Assembly: GCA_965221505.1 (NCBI GenBank)
Contig: CBDCSI010000002.1
Coordinates: forward strand, 225,575 to 289,574
Direction: 5' to 3'
DNA: 64,000 nucleotides
From: Rhodobacterales bacterium
GTDB lineage: Bacteria; Pseudomonadota; Alphaproteobacteria; Rhodobacterales; CAZPXZ01
The notes below the pieces were generated by a model that saw only the letters and a program-made list of their open reading frames with translations, was not told the DNA's origin and did no database searches. Each line of letters starts with the position of its first letter. Within the stretch, counting starts at the first letter, position 1. Of this stretch, positions 28,624-37,554 are shown one piece after another. The position numbers were made by a program, and so were the translations under genes.

Positions 28624-29502
28624 TCAGCGCACCGCCGAAGCGAAAACGAGGCGAATCGGGGATCGCTTCTCCAGGACGAAGGTCACTTCGCAAGGCGTGC
28701 CGTCCGCGAGTTCGACGCCGTCGGCCTTCAGGGACAGGCGAACGAGGTACGGCGGGCCGTCCGGCCCGTCTTCGTCGCCCACTGCCCCCCGCCGCGACGC
28801 CGACGGCGAAGAAACGGACTCTACGCGGGCCGGATACACGGAGACCGGCGCCCCGCGCTCCGGCGCGAACACGGCGACCCGGGCTCCTTGCCCTTCCCTC
28901 ACGACCGCTGCGGCGCCCCGATCGATCAGGGCCACCGCTTCCGGAACCGAACTCCTGCCGGATCGGATCTCGGCCACTTCCGTTCCGGGCTCGACGGTTT
29001 GCCCTGCGGTCCTGCGCACCGCAGCAACTTCGCCCGACCGGGGACTCTCGAGCACGCTACCGGCCTCGACCAGCGCCTCCAGCCGGTCGACTTCGGACCT
29101 CGCCGCCCCGATCGCCTCCGGCTCCGCGCCCCGCTCCTCCGCGATCTTCAGTTGCCGGATTGCCGCCCGAAGCCGCAGACCCAACGACGTCGGGTCCAGC
29201 GCGGCGACCGGCTGTCCCGCCGCCACCGCGTCTCCCGGCCGGACATGCGTCCGCGCTACCACGCCCGACACCGCCGAGACCACCGGATAGCGTTCGCCGG
29301 GAAGAACCAACACGCCGGGCCGGGACAGGGAACGCTCGACGGGGACCAGCGAAACGAACGCGATCACGGCCACGATTCCGACCGCGAACAGGCCGAGGAA
29401 GAGCCATTCGTGCGGCGCCGTGACCCGCATCGGGTAATCGATGGGTTCCGGTTGAGAGCGTTGCGCCAACGCTTCGTCCCGGAACAGTCGGCTCCTCAAC
29501 AT
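28624..29502 (-). CDS. HlyD-family secretion adaptor of the NHLP export system
   Basis: ATG 29502 gives MLRSRLFRDEALAQRSQPEPIDYPMRVTAPHEWLFLGLFAVGIV, which is the HlyD N-terminus plus a single TM helix. Coiled-coil and beta-barrel regions follow. The stop lies 3 nt before the C39-ABC start. Confidence 0.85.
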   Translation of the reverse strand: MLRSRLFRDEALAQRSQPEPIDYPMRVTAPHEWLFLGLFAVGIVAVIAFVSLVPVERSLSRPGVLVLPGERYPVVSAVSGVVARTHVRPGDAVAAGQPVAALDPTSLGLRLRAAIRQLKIAEERGAEPEAIGAARSEVDRLEALVEAGSVLESPRSGEVAAVRRTAGQTVEPGTEVAEIRSGRSSVPEAVALIDRGAAAVVREGQGARVAVFAPERGAPVSVYPARVESVSSPSASRRGAVGDEDGPDGPPYLVRLSLKADGVELADGTPCEVTFVLEKRSPIRLVFASAVR

Positions 29503-29930
29503 GGCGTCACCCCTCCCGGGCCGTATCGCTGCGGCGCCGCCGGACCCCAACCGCGCCGGCCGCCCGAACCGCGATCGGGCCCGTTTTTCGAGTCTCCGCG
29601 GGCGCGAGTCGACTCTACCGCCGGAAACGCGACCCCTGCCGGCCGCGAACATGTTGACACCGGACGCCGCGCGAAGTCCAATTCACCGCTCCTCCGACTC
29701 GCCCGACACTTGGGAAGAAAAACGATCGCCGCTCGTCACCGCAGATTCGCTCCGTATGCCGGCCCGAGCCGCCGCCGTTCGCCGACGAGACGATCGAGCC
29801 GAGCGTCGGCGCCGACGACCGAGTCCGCTCGCCTCCGGCGCCTGCCGCCGGGACGCGCAATTCGGCGACGCCAAACCCGCAGTCTCGCGTCCGACGCGAG
29901 CGTCCCGCGTCCGACGGTCGTCCGCTCCCG

Positions 29931-31031
29931 TTGACTCGAGCGCCCGCCCTGCCGCCCCGTCCTTCCGCCCCGGACCGGCGGCAGTCCGACGACCCGGCCG
30001 GTCAGGGTGTCCGCGCCGGGACGCGATCCGCGGCGGAAACGCTTCGCCCGATTCTCGACCTGATCGAGCGTCGCGTACCGGACGCGCTGATCGACCGGCA
30101 GGGCTGGAGCGCAATTGCGGAACGGACCGCCGACCTTCCGAGGCTTGCGGCGGAGAGTTCCGTCGGCTTCGAGACGCGATTGCAGGATCCGCGCCCGGCC
30201 GCGGATTTCTTCGTATGGATTCGCCCTTCCGGCCGGTTCGGCGAGTATCTGCTGCATGCGGACGATGGCGGCGGGCGGGCGCCGATTGGCCCGGAGGCGA
30301 TCCGCCGACTGCGCCGCGCCGGATCGACCCTCGCCCGGCGGGTGCCCTGGCTCATCCTGGAATACGACGTCGTCGACGCCCCGCCCGGCTCCGCTCTTGC
30401 GCCGGGCGTGTTTCTGACGGACATCCCCCCGATCCCGCAAGACGAATGGAACCCGATCGCGGACATACTCGACCTCGCTACGCGCCGGACGGAGTGCCGG
30501 GAGGAGAGGCGCATGCTCGCGGCGCTCGCCGGCGCGGTACCGCCCGGCGGGCGCATCGCCCATCTCGGCGCCATGCCCGATCGGCGCCCGCGCACGCTCC
30601 GCGCCCTGGTCAAGACCGATCCGCAGCAGACTCCGGGATTTCTTCGACAAATCGGCTGGCCCGGGGCAATTCGGGAGTTCGAACGTACGGTCGAGCCGAT
30701 GCGGCGGCTGATCGCCGGATGGTCCGTCGCCTGCGACGTCACGTCCGGCGCCGTCGCGCCGCAACTCGGAATCGAGTTGTTTCTCCACGGCTTGTGGCCC
30801 GCCCTGACCGCGGCCGACTGGCACCCCCTCCTCGAACGACTCGAAGCGGAGAGCCTGTGCCGCCCGGAGAAGGCGGCGGCCCTTCGCGCGGAGATTCCTC
30901 CCCGTACCGTGATCGACGAACGCGGCGTTCGCGTCATGCGAACCGGGATCAACCATATCAAGCTGACGCTCCGCGCCGACGGCACGATCGGCTGCAAGGC
31001 GTATCTCGGCGTGGCGTTCCTGACCGCCTGA
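29931..31031 (+). CDS. hypothetical protein, no recognisable family (five helix/beta-hairpin repeats)
   Basis: The composition is balanced and non-Arg-biased, unlike the antisense ORF 30002-30997. Five hairpin-like segments are present: VGFETRLQDPRPAADFFVWIRP, WLILEYDVVDAPPGSALAPGVFLTD, RIAHLGAMPDRRPRTLRALVKT, WSVACDVTSGAVAPQLGIELFL and INHIKLTLRADGTIGCKAYLGVAFL. The start is uncertain (TTG 29931 is the first in-frame start). Confidence 0.65.
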   Translation: MTRAPALPPRPSAPDRRQSDDPAGQGVRAGTRSAAETLRPILDLIERRVPDALIDRQGWSAIAERTADLPRLAAESSVGFETRLQDPRPAADFFVWIRPSGRFGEYLLHADDGGGRAPIGPEAIRRLRRAGSTLARRVPWLILEYDVVDAPPGSALAPGVFLTDIPPIPQDEWNPIADILDLATRRTECREERRMLAALAGAVPPGGRIAHLGAMPDRRPRTLRALVKTDPQQTPGFLRQIGWPGAIREFERTVEPMRRLIAGWSVACDVTSGAVAPQLGIELFLHGLWPALTAADWHPLLERLEAESLCRPEKAAALRAEIPPRTVIDERGVRVMRTGINHIKLTLRADGTIGCKAYLGVAFLTA

Positions 31032-31243
31032 ACGACGATATCGACACCCGAACGGGGCGCAGCGAGTGCGCCCCGGCCTGCGTTCCGCCGTCTTCAGCCG
31101 CCTCTCGACCCGGCGCGAACCGGCTAAAGCGACGAGCGCGGGGGCAGGTCGAACCGGCGACGCCAGGACGCGCGCGGCAGGCAGGCAGGCACTCCCTCTC
31201 GTCCGAAGGCGGTCCGCGTTCCGGCGCCGGCTCTCTGCGGACA

Positions 31244-33538
31244 TCAGACGAAGGGATCCAGGGGATTGAGATCGCTCTCCTTCGGCATCGCGTCCAGCCA
31301 ACCCTGGCGGACCGGCACCTCGTAGAGGCGCCCGGGCGCGAGCCGCCGCCAGAAGTGCCGGAGTCCCGGCACGATCACGCGCACGACCGGCAGACCGACG
31401 TCGTCGCGCGTCTGGTCCAGCGTCAGGAACTCCATGCCCTTCCGCTCGACCAGGGCGCGGCACAATTCGACGTCCTCGCGATGGTCCGAGGTCTCCGGGA
31501 CCTCGTAATCGCTTCGGGCGCGCCGTTCGGCGGCGGCGTCGGGCAAGAGGTAAGGATGGTCATCCGCGCGCACCGTGCGGCACCACGCCTTCGCCTCCGC
31601 AGACAGCTCCAGGCAGCGTCGCGACAGAACGTCCCGGTCCAGTCTGGTCAGGCCCTGGTTCAACTCGGACACGGCCCGCATGGCCGCAATCAGCGGATCG
31701 AAATGTGCGCCTGCGCCCAGAACGATCCGGTCGTCGCCTTCGCCGACGGTCCGCGAAACGGCGACGAACGACGGGATGCCGAGATCCGTGGTGACGTCCA
31801 GCACCCAGTATTCCCGCCCGAAAGATTCGTAACTGCGCCGTACCCGGTCGAAAAAACCCTCGCCGAAACTCGCGAGATCCAGGCTCGGCCGCCGGAGGCG
31901 GTTGAACCACCAGCAGGCGAATCCGTCCCGCTCCACCAATTCGAAGAAGCCCTGCAGGATCGCTTCGGCCAGGGTGTTTCCGGACGCGCAGCCGTTGGAA
32001 TTGGCGACGTACCGGTTCCGGCTGCCGGGGGTCGGGCGCGAGTAATAGAGCGTCTCCGTCGGCAGGTAGCGGTGCTTGCCGGCGGTAAACGACCACACCG
32101 GCGTCCAGTCGGTTTCCGCCTCCGGATCGAACGGCTCCGGCACGAACGCCTTGCCCGCGCCGTCCGCCCGACCGGCCAGCTGCGCCTCGCTGAAGAGTTC
32201 CACGCAGTTCGGGGGGATTGCGTCCGCCTCCGGAAAGTCGACGAACCGGGCGCGCCGAACGATCTCGCCGCCCAGGCGGATTCCCGAATACCGTTCGAAC
32301 CCTTCGCACATGCCGCTCGCACGGGCCTGGGCGAGGGTACTTCCCTTGCCGGTGCTCACCGGCAAGCTGGCGGGGTCGAACAACCGATCGAAGCGCTGCA
32401 TCGTCGCAGGCAGGCTCTGAACGGTGCCGAAGACGTGCAGCCAGGGATCGTCCGGAAATTCGATCGGCTCCAGCGGCGACAGAATCCCCGTGATCGGATC
32501 GACCAGGTGCCGGTGCCGTCGAATCGTCTCCTCGGGCGGAACGGAACGCGTGCCGCCGCTGTTCTGCACCGCCTTCGGCGACGGACCCGGAGACACCGGA
32601 ACCGGCGCCCGGTCCGGCCGGCGGGACTCCGGATCGCCGCAGGCCTCGCACATTCCGCTCGGAACCACGCAGTGCCGGTCCACCCGGCCCGAGCTGGCGT
32701 TCAAGGACATCGCATGTTCGTTGAGCGGCGATTCGTCGTCGAACACGACCCACCTCGCGATCTCGAGCGCGGCCGCGCCGATCGCCGCGTCGCGTAGCGG
32801 ACTCGGGCGAACGGGCGTCGCAACCGGCCCGCCGGCTTCGCGCCGCAGGAGCGTCTCGACGACCAGTCGTTCGGACATGCGGCGCTCCAGGCAGCGCCAG
32901 CAAGGTCCGCGTCCGGGACGAAACACCGGGCCGAACAGCGGAAGGCCGCCGTCGGGGCTCAGGAGCATCCAGGCCTGCGCCGCCTCGGCCTGGCGACGGC
33001 AGGTCTCGGCATGCGCGGCATCGCGGACGTCGTCGGTGAACCGGACCGAGAGATCCCCGCCGGAGTCGACGACCGTCACTCCGAGTCTCGACAGTGCCGC
33101 CCGAAACCCCTCGAAACGGTCCTCGACTTCCACGGTCGTCTCGGCGAGCCGCCGCTCCGCCCAGCGCGGCGACGCGCCCAGCCGGCACCAGAACGTCGCA
33201 AGGTTCGGCGCGAGCCCATGCTCCCCGGAGACGAGCTGGCCGGACGTCGCCATGCGCACCAGCGCCGTCTGGGTCTCCAGCGGGGCGTGTCGGCCCTCCA
33301 GGGATTCGACGATTTCGTGGCGCGTCCGCGTGCCGTCGAGAAGCGGCAGCAGGTCCGGAAAGCACGCGCCCGTGAGCACGACCGCCCCGCCCGCATCGTT
33401 GACGAGAACGGCACGCTCCTCCGCCGGATACGCGCGCCAGGAGAGGTGCGGCGCGATCGTCGGCCGTTCGACCAGTCCGCGGTCCGCCGGGGTGGTGCGG
33501 ACGAGGGAACGAATGGCGAATGGAGTACGATCGCTCAC
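31244..33538 (-). CDS. fused TOMM cyclodehydratase: E1/ThiF-like leader-docking domain + YcaO domain
   Basis: The N-terminal half has Cys pairs (GPCWRCLERR; HCVVPSGMCEACGD) as in E1-like/SagC-type proteins. The C-terminal half has the YcaO core STGKGSTLAQARASGMCEGFERYSG, plus NSNGCASGNTLAEA and a Pro-rich C-terminus NPLDPFV. GTG start 33538 is preceded by GAGGA. Confidence 0.9.
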   Translation of the reverse strand: MSDRTPFAIRSLVRTTPADRGLVERPTIAPHLSWRAYPAEERAVLVNDAGGAVVLTGACFPDLLPLLDGTRTRHEIVESLEGRHAPLETQTALVRMATSGQLVSGEHGLAPNLATFWCRLGASPRWAERRLAETTVEVEDRFEGFRAALSRLGVTVVDSGGDLSVRFTDDVRDAAHAETCRRQAEAAQAWMLLSPDGGLPLFGPVFRPGRGPCWRCLERRMSERLVVETLLRREAGGPVATPVRPSPLRDAAIGAAALEIARWVVFDDESPLNEHAMSLNASSGRVDRHCVVPSGMCEACGDPESRRPDRAPVPVSPGPSPKAVQNSGGTRSVPPEETIRRHRHLVDPITGILSPLEPIEFPDDPWLHVFGTVQSLPATMQRFDRLFDPASLPVSTGKGSTLAQARASGMCEGFERYSGIRLGGEIVRRARFVDFPEADAIPPNCVELFSEAQLAGRADGAGKAFVPEPFDPEAETDWTPVWSFTAGKHRYLPTETLYYSRPTPGSRNRYVANSNGCASGNTLAEAILQGFFELVERDGFACWWFNRLRRPSLDLASFGEGFFDRVRRSYESFGREYWVLDVTTDLGIPSFVAVSRTVGEGDDRIVLGAGAHFDPLIAAMRAVSELNQGLTRLDRDVLSRRCLELSAEAKAWCRTVRADDHPYLLPDAAAERRARSDYEVPETSDHREDVELCRALVERKGMEFLTLDQTRDDVGLPVVRVIVPGLRHFWRRLAPGRLYEVPVRQGWLDAMPKESDLNPLDPFV

Positions 33539-33630
33539 GCAGTCCTCGAAGCAGACGGAAGCATATCGCTCGACCGAAGGGGAGAATTCCCTGCCCGTAC
33601 CTCTGTACCGAGTCCTCGAAGGGCGTCAAC

Positions 33631-33654
33631 CGAACCGCAAGCGGTTGCGGTTCG
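33631..33654. promoter_or_regulatory. perfect 10-bp-stem hairpin / palindrome upstream of the YcaO gene
   Basis: cgaaccgcaa-gcgg-ttgcggttcg lies about 95 nt upstream of the YcaO start. It is flanked by two copies of agtcctcgaag (33541-33551 and 33611-33621). Confidence 0.4.
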
Positions 33655-34497
33655 CGACGGCCCGGTCGCGAGTTGCGGGAGGCGCAGAGTCGGGGCCGTG
33701 ACCGCAGCGCGATTGTTCGCGTTCGCGCCCGCGCCGGAGCGGCGGTCGCTTCCGGCACGATCCGTCGAGTGGGTGCGGCTTCGAAAACCGTCCCTCGCGA
33801 CGGTTCCGGGCCAGTCCCGCAGACGGCGTCGCAGCGGCGGGCGCCTCCGCGGCGCCGGCACCGGGCGAATTCCGATCCTTCGCCCCCCGCGCGAGCAGGG
33901 ACCTGTCGGCTGCGAGCCCGCCCCGCGAACCGATCGCAGCGAGTGCCCCGCCCGGTCTACCCCGCCGTCACGACACGCCCGCGGGAACGTCCGGGCGCGA
34001 TCTCGCCCCGGGTCCCGTCGGTGAGCCGCGTTCGGCGCGCGCGCGAGCCGGCGACCGACCCTCGTTCCCCCGACCCCGGGCCGGTGCGCAACGGGCTCGT
34101 TCCGCCGGACGGAAACGACAGCGGGGCGCAATTGACGAAGCGATCCGCGTACAACACAATCCCGCACCGAGGCTGACCTGCGCCTCCACCGGGCGCAAGG
34201 CCGCAGCTCGGTCCCCTCGATCCGGCCTGAAGACCGCGGCACCCGGAACCGCCCAACCCGCGACTCGCGCCGGAAGACGACCTGTGCTCGGCCCGCGCGG
34301 TCGCGTCGCGCCTCTGCAGAGCCGGAGAACTCAATGGAAGCCGAATTCCTGTCCGGTCCGGTGCCTCGGCGGAGCGAAACGCCGCCGGACGATCGGACAG
34401 CGCCGCCTTCGCGGTCTGCATCCTCTCCCCTCCCGCGCTCCGCCGCCCGGAGCCCGGCCGCTTCTGCCGATGGGCGACAGGCCGGGACGACCGAGCC

Positions 34498-37443
34498 GTG
34501 AGCCCGATGACCGCGGGATTCGACGATCTGGAGCGCTGGCCGGACTGCGAGGCCGGCGAATGGACCGCCTTGCGGACCGACGCGTGGCGCCATGCCGTCG
34601 CCGCCATGCCGGAGAGCGACGACCGGGAATTTGCGCACGGCTTCCCGGACCGTTCCGCCGGCGCCCGGATGCTCCGGTGCGTATTCGAATCGAGCCCGTT
34701 CCTCAGCGATTGTCTCGTTCGGGAGCCCGGGTTCCTCCGACGCCTCTGGGAAGACGGCCCCGAGGCATGCGTGGCGGAGAGCCTGTCGACGCTTCGCTCG
34801 TTTCCGGCCGCCGGCAGGGACGCGGATGCGCAGCGGACGCTTCGCGTCGAGCGACGTCGCGTCGCCCTCGCCGCCGCGCTCGCCGACATCGCCGGGCTCT
34901 GGGAACTCGAGAGGGTGACCGGCGCGCTCTCCGATCTCGCCGACGAATCGGTCGGCATGGCGCTGCGCCTGCTTCTCACGCGGCTCGCCGGCCGCAACCT
35001 GCTGTCGCTGCCCGATCCCGAGGATCCGGAAACGGGTTCCGGACTGATCGCGCTGGCGCTCGGAAAGCTCGGCGGCCGCGAATTGAACTACTCTTCCGAC
35101 ATCGACCTCATCCTGCTCTTCGATCCCGACGTCTTGCCGGCCCGGGATCCCGCCGAGATCCCGCGCCACCTGGTTCGCCTCGCCAGGTCCTTCAACGCGC
35201 TCCTGTCGGAGATCACCGCGGACGGATACGCCTTCCGGGTCGACCTTCGGCTTCGACCGGATCCGAGCGCCACGCCGCTGGTCATGTCCACGGAGGCGGC
35301 GGAGCACTACTACGAGGCGCGCGGTCAGACCTGGGAGCGCGCGGCCCTGATCAAGGCGCGCCCGATCGCCGGCGACCTGGCGGCCGGAGAGGCATTTCTG
35401 CGCAGGATCGAACCGTTCGTCTGGCGCCGCCATCTCGATTTCGCCACGATCGAGGATCTGCACGACATGAAGCGGCGGATCGACTCGCACAATCGCCTCG
35501 GCGGCATCCGCACGCTGGGCCACAACCTCAAGCTCGGACGAGGGGGAATCCGGGAGATCGAGTTCTTCGCCCAGACCCAGCAGCTCATCTGGGGAGGCCG
35601 GGAACCGGAGCTGCGCCTGATTCCCACCTGCAAGGTCCTTCGCGCGCTCGCGGAGCGAAAGAAGATTCCCGCCGCCACCGCGGACGCGTTCGTCGATTGC
35701 TACCGCTTCCTGCGGCGGGCGGAACACCGGGTGCAAATGGTCGCGGACGAGCAGACGCATTCGCTCCCGGAGGATCCGGCCGCGTTCGGCGACCTCTCCA
35801 GGTTCCTGGGCTATGCGGCGCCGGAGACGTTCTCCGAGGATCTCGTCCGGCGGCTCCGGGACGTGGAGCGGCACTACGCGGAATTCTTCGAGCTCCCCGA
35901 AGAGTTGACCCGGACGCGCGGCCAGCCGATGTTCGAGTCGCTCGACGATCCGGAGGCGGAAAACCGGATCCGACGGATCGGGTTCGACGATCCGAAGGCC
36001 GTCGTCGAAATTCTCGATTCCTGGCGCAGCGGACGGTACCGCGTAGCCCAAGGGCCCGGTTCGCAGGCGAAACTCATGGGCCTCGCGCCGCTCCTCCTGA
36101 ACGCCATGTCGGGGACGGGCGATCCGGATCTCGCCATTCGGCGGTTCGACCGCCTCCTGTCCCGGCTCCCGACCGGGCTGCAGGTTTTTTCCCTCCTGCA
36201 GAACAACCTCCCGATCATGGACACCCTCGCCGAGCTGCTCGTCTCCGCCCCGGCGCTCGCCAACCTGATGGAGGAGCGGCCGGCGCTGTTCGACGCCCTG
36301 ATCGAAGCGCCCGAGGATCCGCTCGCCGACGGACAGCCGCCGCTCATGTCGGACCTCGCGCGGTTCGTCGGAGGCGAAACGGATCCCGAAGAGGTCGTCT
36401 TCCGGGTCGGGCGCTGGGTCGATTCCGCCCGGTTCCGCACCGCCGTGCGGATGCTGTACCGGCAGACGGATCCCCTCGACGCCGCCCGGCACCTGTCCGA
36501 CATCGCAGATTGCACGCTCGAAGCGCTCCTGGAGACGACGTCGACCGCGCTGGCCGAGCGGCACGGCGTCGTACCGGGAGCCGAGGCGGCCATCCTCTCG
36601 CTCGGCAAGCTCGGCAGCCGCGAGATGTCGATCACCTCCGACCTCGACCTCATCCTGATTTACGACGCGCCGGCGAATTCCGCCTCCGACGGTCCGCGCC
36701 CCCTCCCGGCCTCGAACTACTACAACCGGCTCCTGCGCCGGCTCCTGTCCGGCCTCGGCGCGCGTCCGGGCCAGCGGCAGATCTACGAAATCGACATGCG
36801 GCTTCGGCCGAGCGGCAATGCGGGACCGCTCGCAACCAGCGCGGAAGCGTTCGTGCGGTACCATGCGGAAAGCGCCTGGACCTGGGAGAAAATGGCGTTG
36901 ACCCGGGCGCGGGTGTCGGCCGGAACGCCGCAAATCCGCCGGCGCCTGGAGGGAATCGTCCGGGACGTCCTCCGCGCTCCCAGGGATCCGGAGGAACTGC
37001 GTCGCGACGTCGCCGACATGCGCATCCGCATGGACCGGGAGTTCCATACGGACGACGTCTGGTCGGTGAAACACCTGCGCGGCGGCCTGGTCGACATCGA
37101 GTTCGTCGTACAGTACCTCGTCCTGAAACACGCGGCCCGGAGCCCGGAGATCCTGCGGCGCAACACCGGCGAGACGCTCAGGGCGCTCGAGCGGGCCGGT
37201 GCGCTGGCGGAACGGGACGCCAATCTCCTCGTCGAGGCATGGGAGTTCTGGACCCGGATTCAGGCCATGCAGCGGGTCATACGGGAGAACGTCGCCGGGG
37301 AGGAGGTTCCGCCCCGGATGCGGCCGCTCTTCGCAGGTCTCGGCAACGTCGACGCGTTCGAAGAGCTCTCCGGGCGCATGGCGGAGACCGCGGAGCGGAC
37401 GAAGGGGATTTACGACCGTATCGTCGGGGCCGAAGCGCCGTAG
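34498..37443 (+). CDS. glnE: bifunctional glutamine synthetase adenylyltransferase/adenylyl-removing enzyme
   Basis: Two nucleotidyltransferase repeats (ELNYSSDIDLILLFD; MSITSDLDLILIYD), each followed by a GlnE helical domain. About 980 aa. GTG 34498 (ATG 34507 is the alternative). Confidence 0.95.
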   Translation: MSPMTAGFDDLERWPDCEAGEWTALRTDAWRHAVAAMPESDDREFAHGFPDRSAGARMLRCVFESSPFLSDCLVREPGFLRRLWEDGPEACVAESLSTLRSFPAAGRDADAQRTLRVERRRVALAAALADIAGLWELERVTGALSDLADESVGMALRLLLTRLAGRNLLSLPDPEDPETGSGLIALALGKLGGRELNYSSDIDLILLFDPDVLPARDPAEIPRHLVRLARSFNALLSEITADGYAFRVDLRLRPDPSATPLVMSTEAAEHYYEARGQTWERAALIKARPIAGDLAAGEAFLRRIEPFVWRRHLDFATIEDLHDMKRRIDSHNRLGGIRTLGHNLKLGRGGIREIEFFAQTQQLIWGGREPELRLIPTCKVLRALAERKKIPAATADAFVDCYRFLRRAEHRVQMVADEQTHSLPEDPAAFGDLSRFLGYAAPETFSEDLVRRLRDVERHYAEFFELPEELTRTRGQPMFESLDDPEAENRIRRIGFDDPKAVVEILDSWRSGRYRVAQGPGSQAKLMGLAPLLLNAMSGTGDPDLAIRRFDRLLSRLPTGLQVFSLLQNNLPIMDTLAELLVSAPALANLMEERPALFDALIEAPEDPLADGQPPLMSDLARFVGGETDPEEVVFRVGRWVDSARFRTAVRMLYRQTDPLDAARHLSDIADCTLEALLETTSTALAERHGVVPGAEAAILSLGKLGSREMSITSDLDLILIYDAPANSASDGPRPLPASNYYNRLLRRLLSGLGARPGQRQIYEIDMRLRPSGNAGPLATSAEAFVRYHAESAWTWEKMALTRARVSAGTPQIRRRLEGIVRDVLRAPRDPEELRRDVADMRIRMDREFHTDDVWSVKHLRGGLVDIEFVVQYLVLKHAARSPEILRRNTGETLRALERAGALAERDANLLVEAWEFWTRIQAMQRVIRENVAGEEVPPRMRPLFAGLGNVDAFEELSGRMAETAERTKGIYDRIVGAEAP

Positions 37444-37554
37444 TCCGCCGTTCCGGCGTCCGCAACGGGCGGAGCCTCCGCGCGAGAGCGAATCTGCGAC
37501 CGCCGGCCCGGTACGCTACGATGCGCCCGATCGACAGAACGGGGGAGGAGACCG

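Noticed and set aside
25960-32797. Long plus-strand ORFs (25960-29934, 1324 aa; 29501-32797, 1098 aa) antisense to the ABC/HlyD/YcaO genes
   Set aside because: The antisense strand carries unmistakable Walker, C39 and YcaO motifs. The plus-strand translations are Arg/Pro/Gly-rich with no domain signatures.
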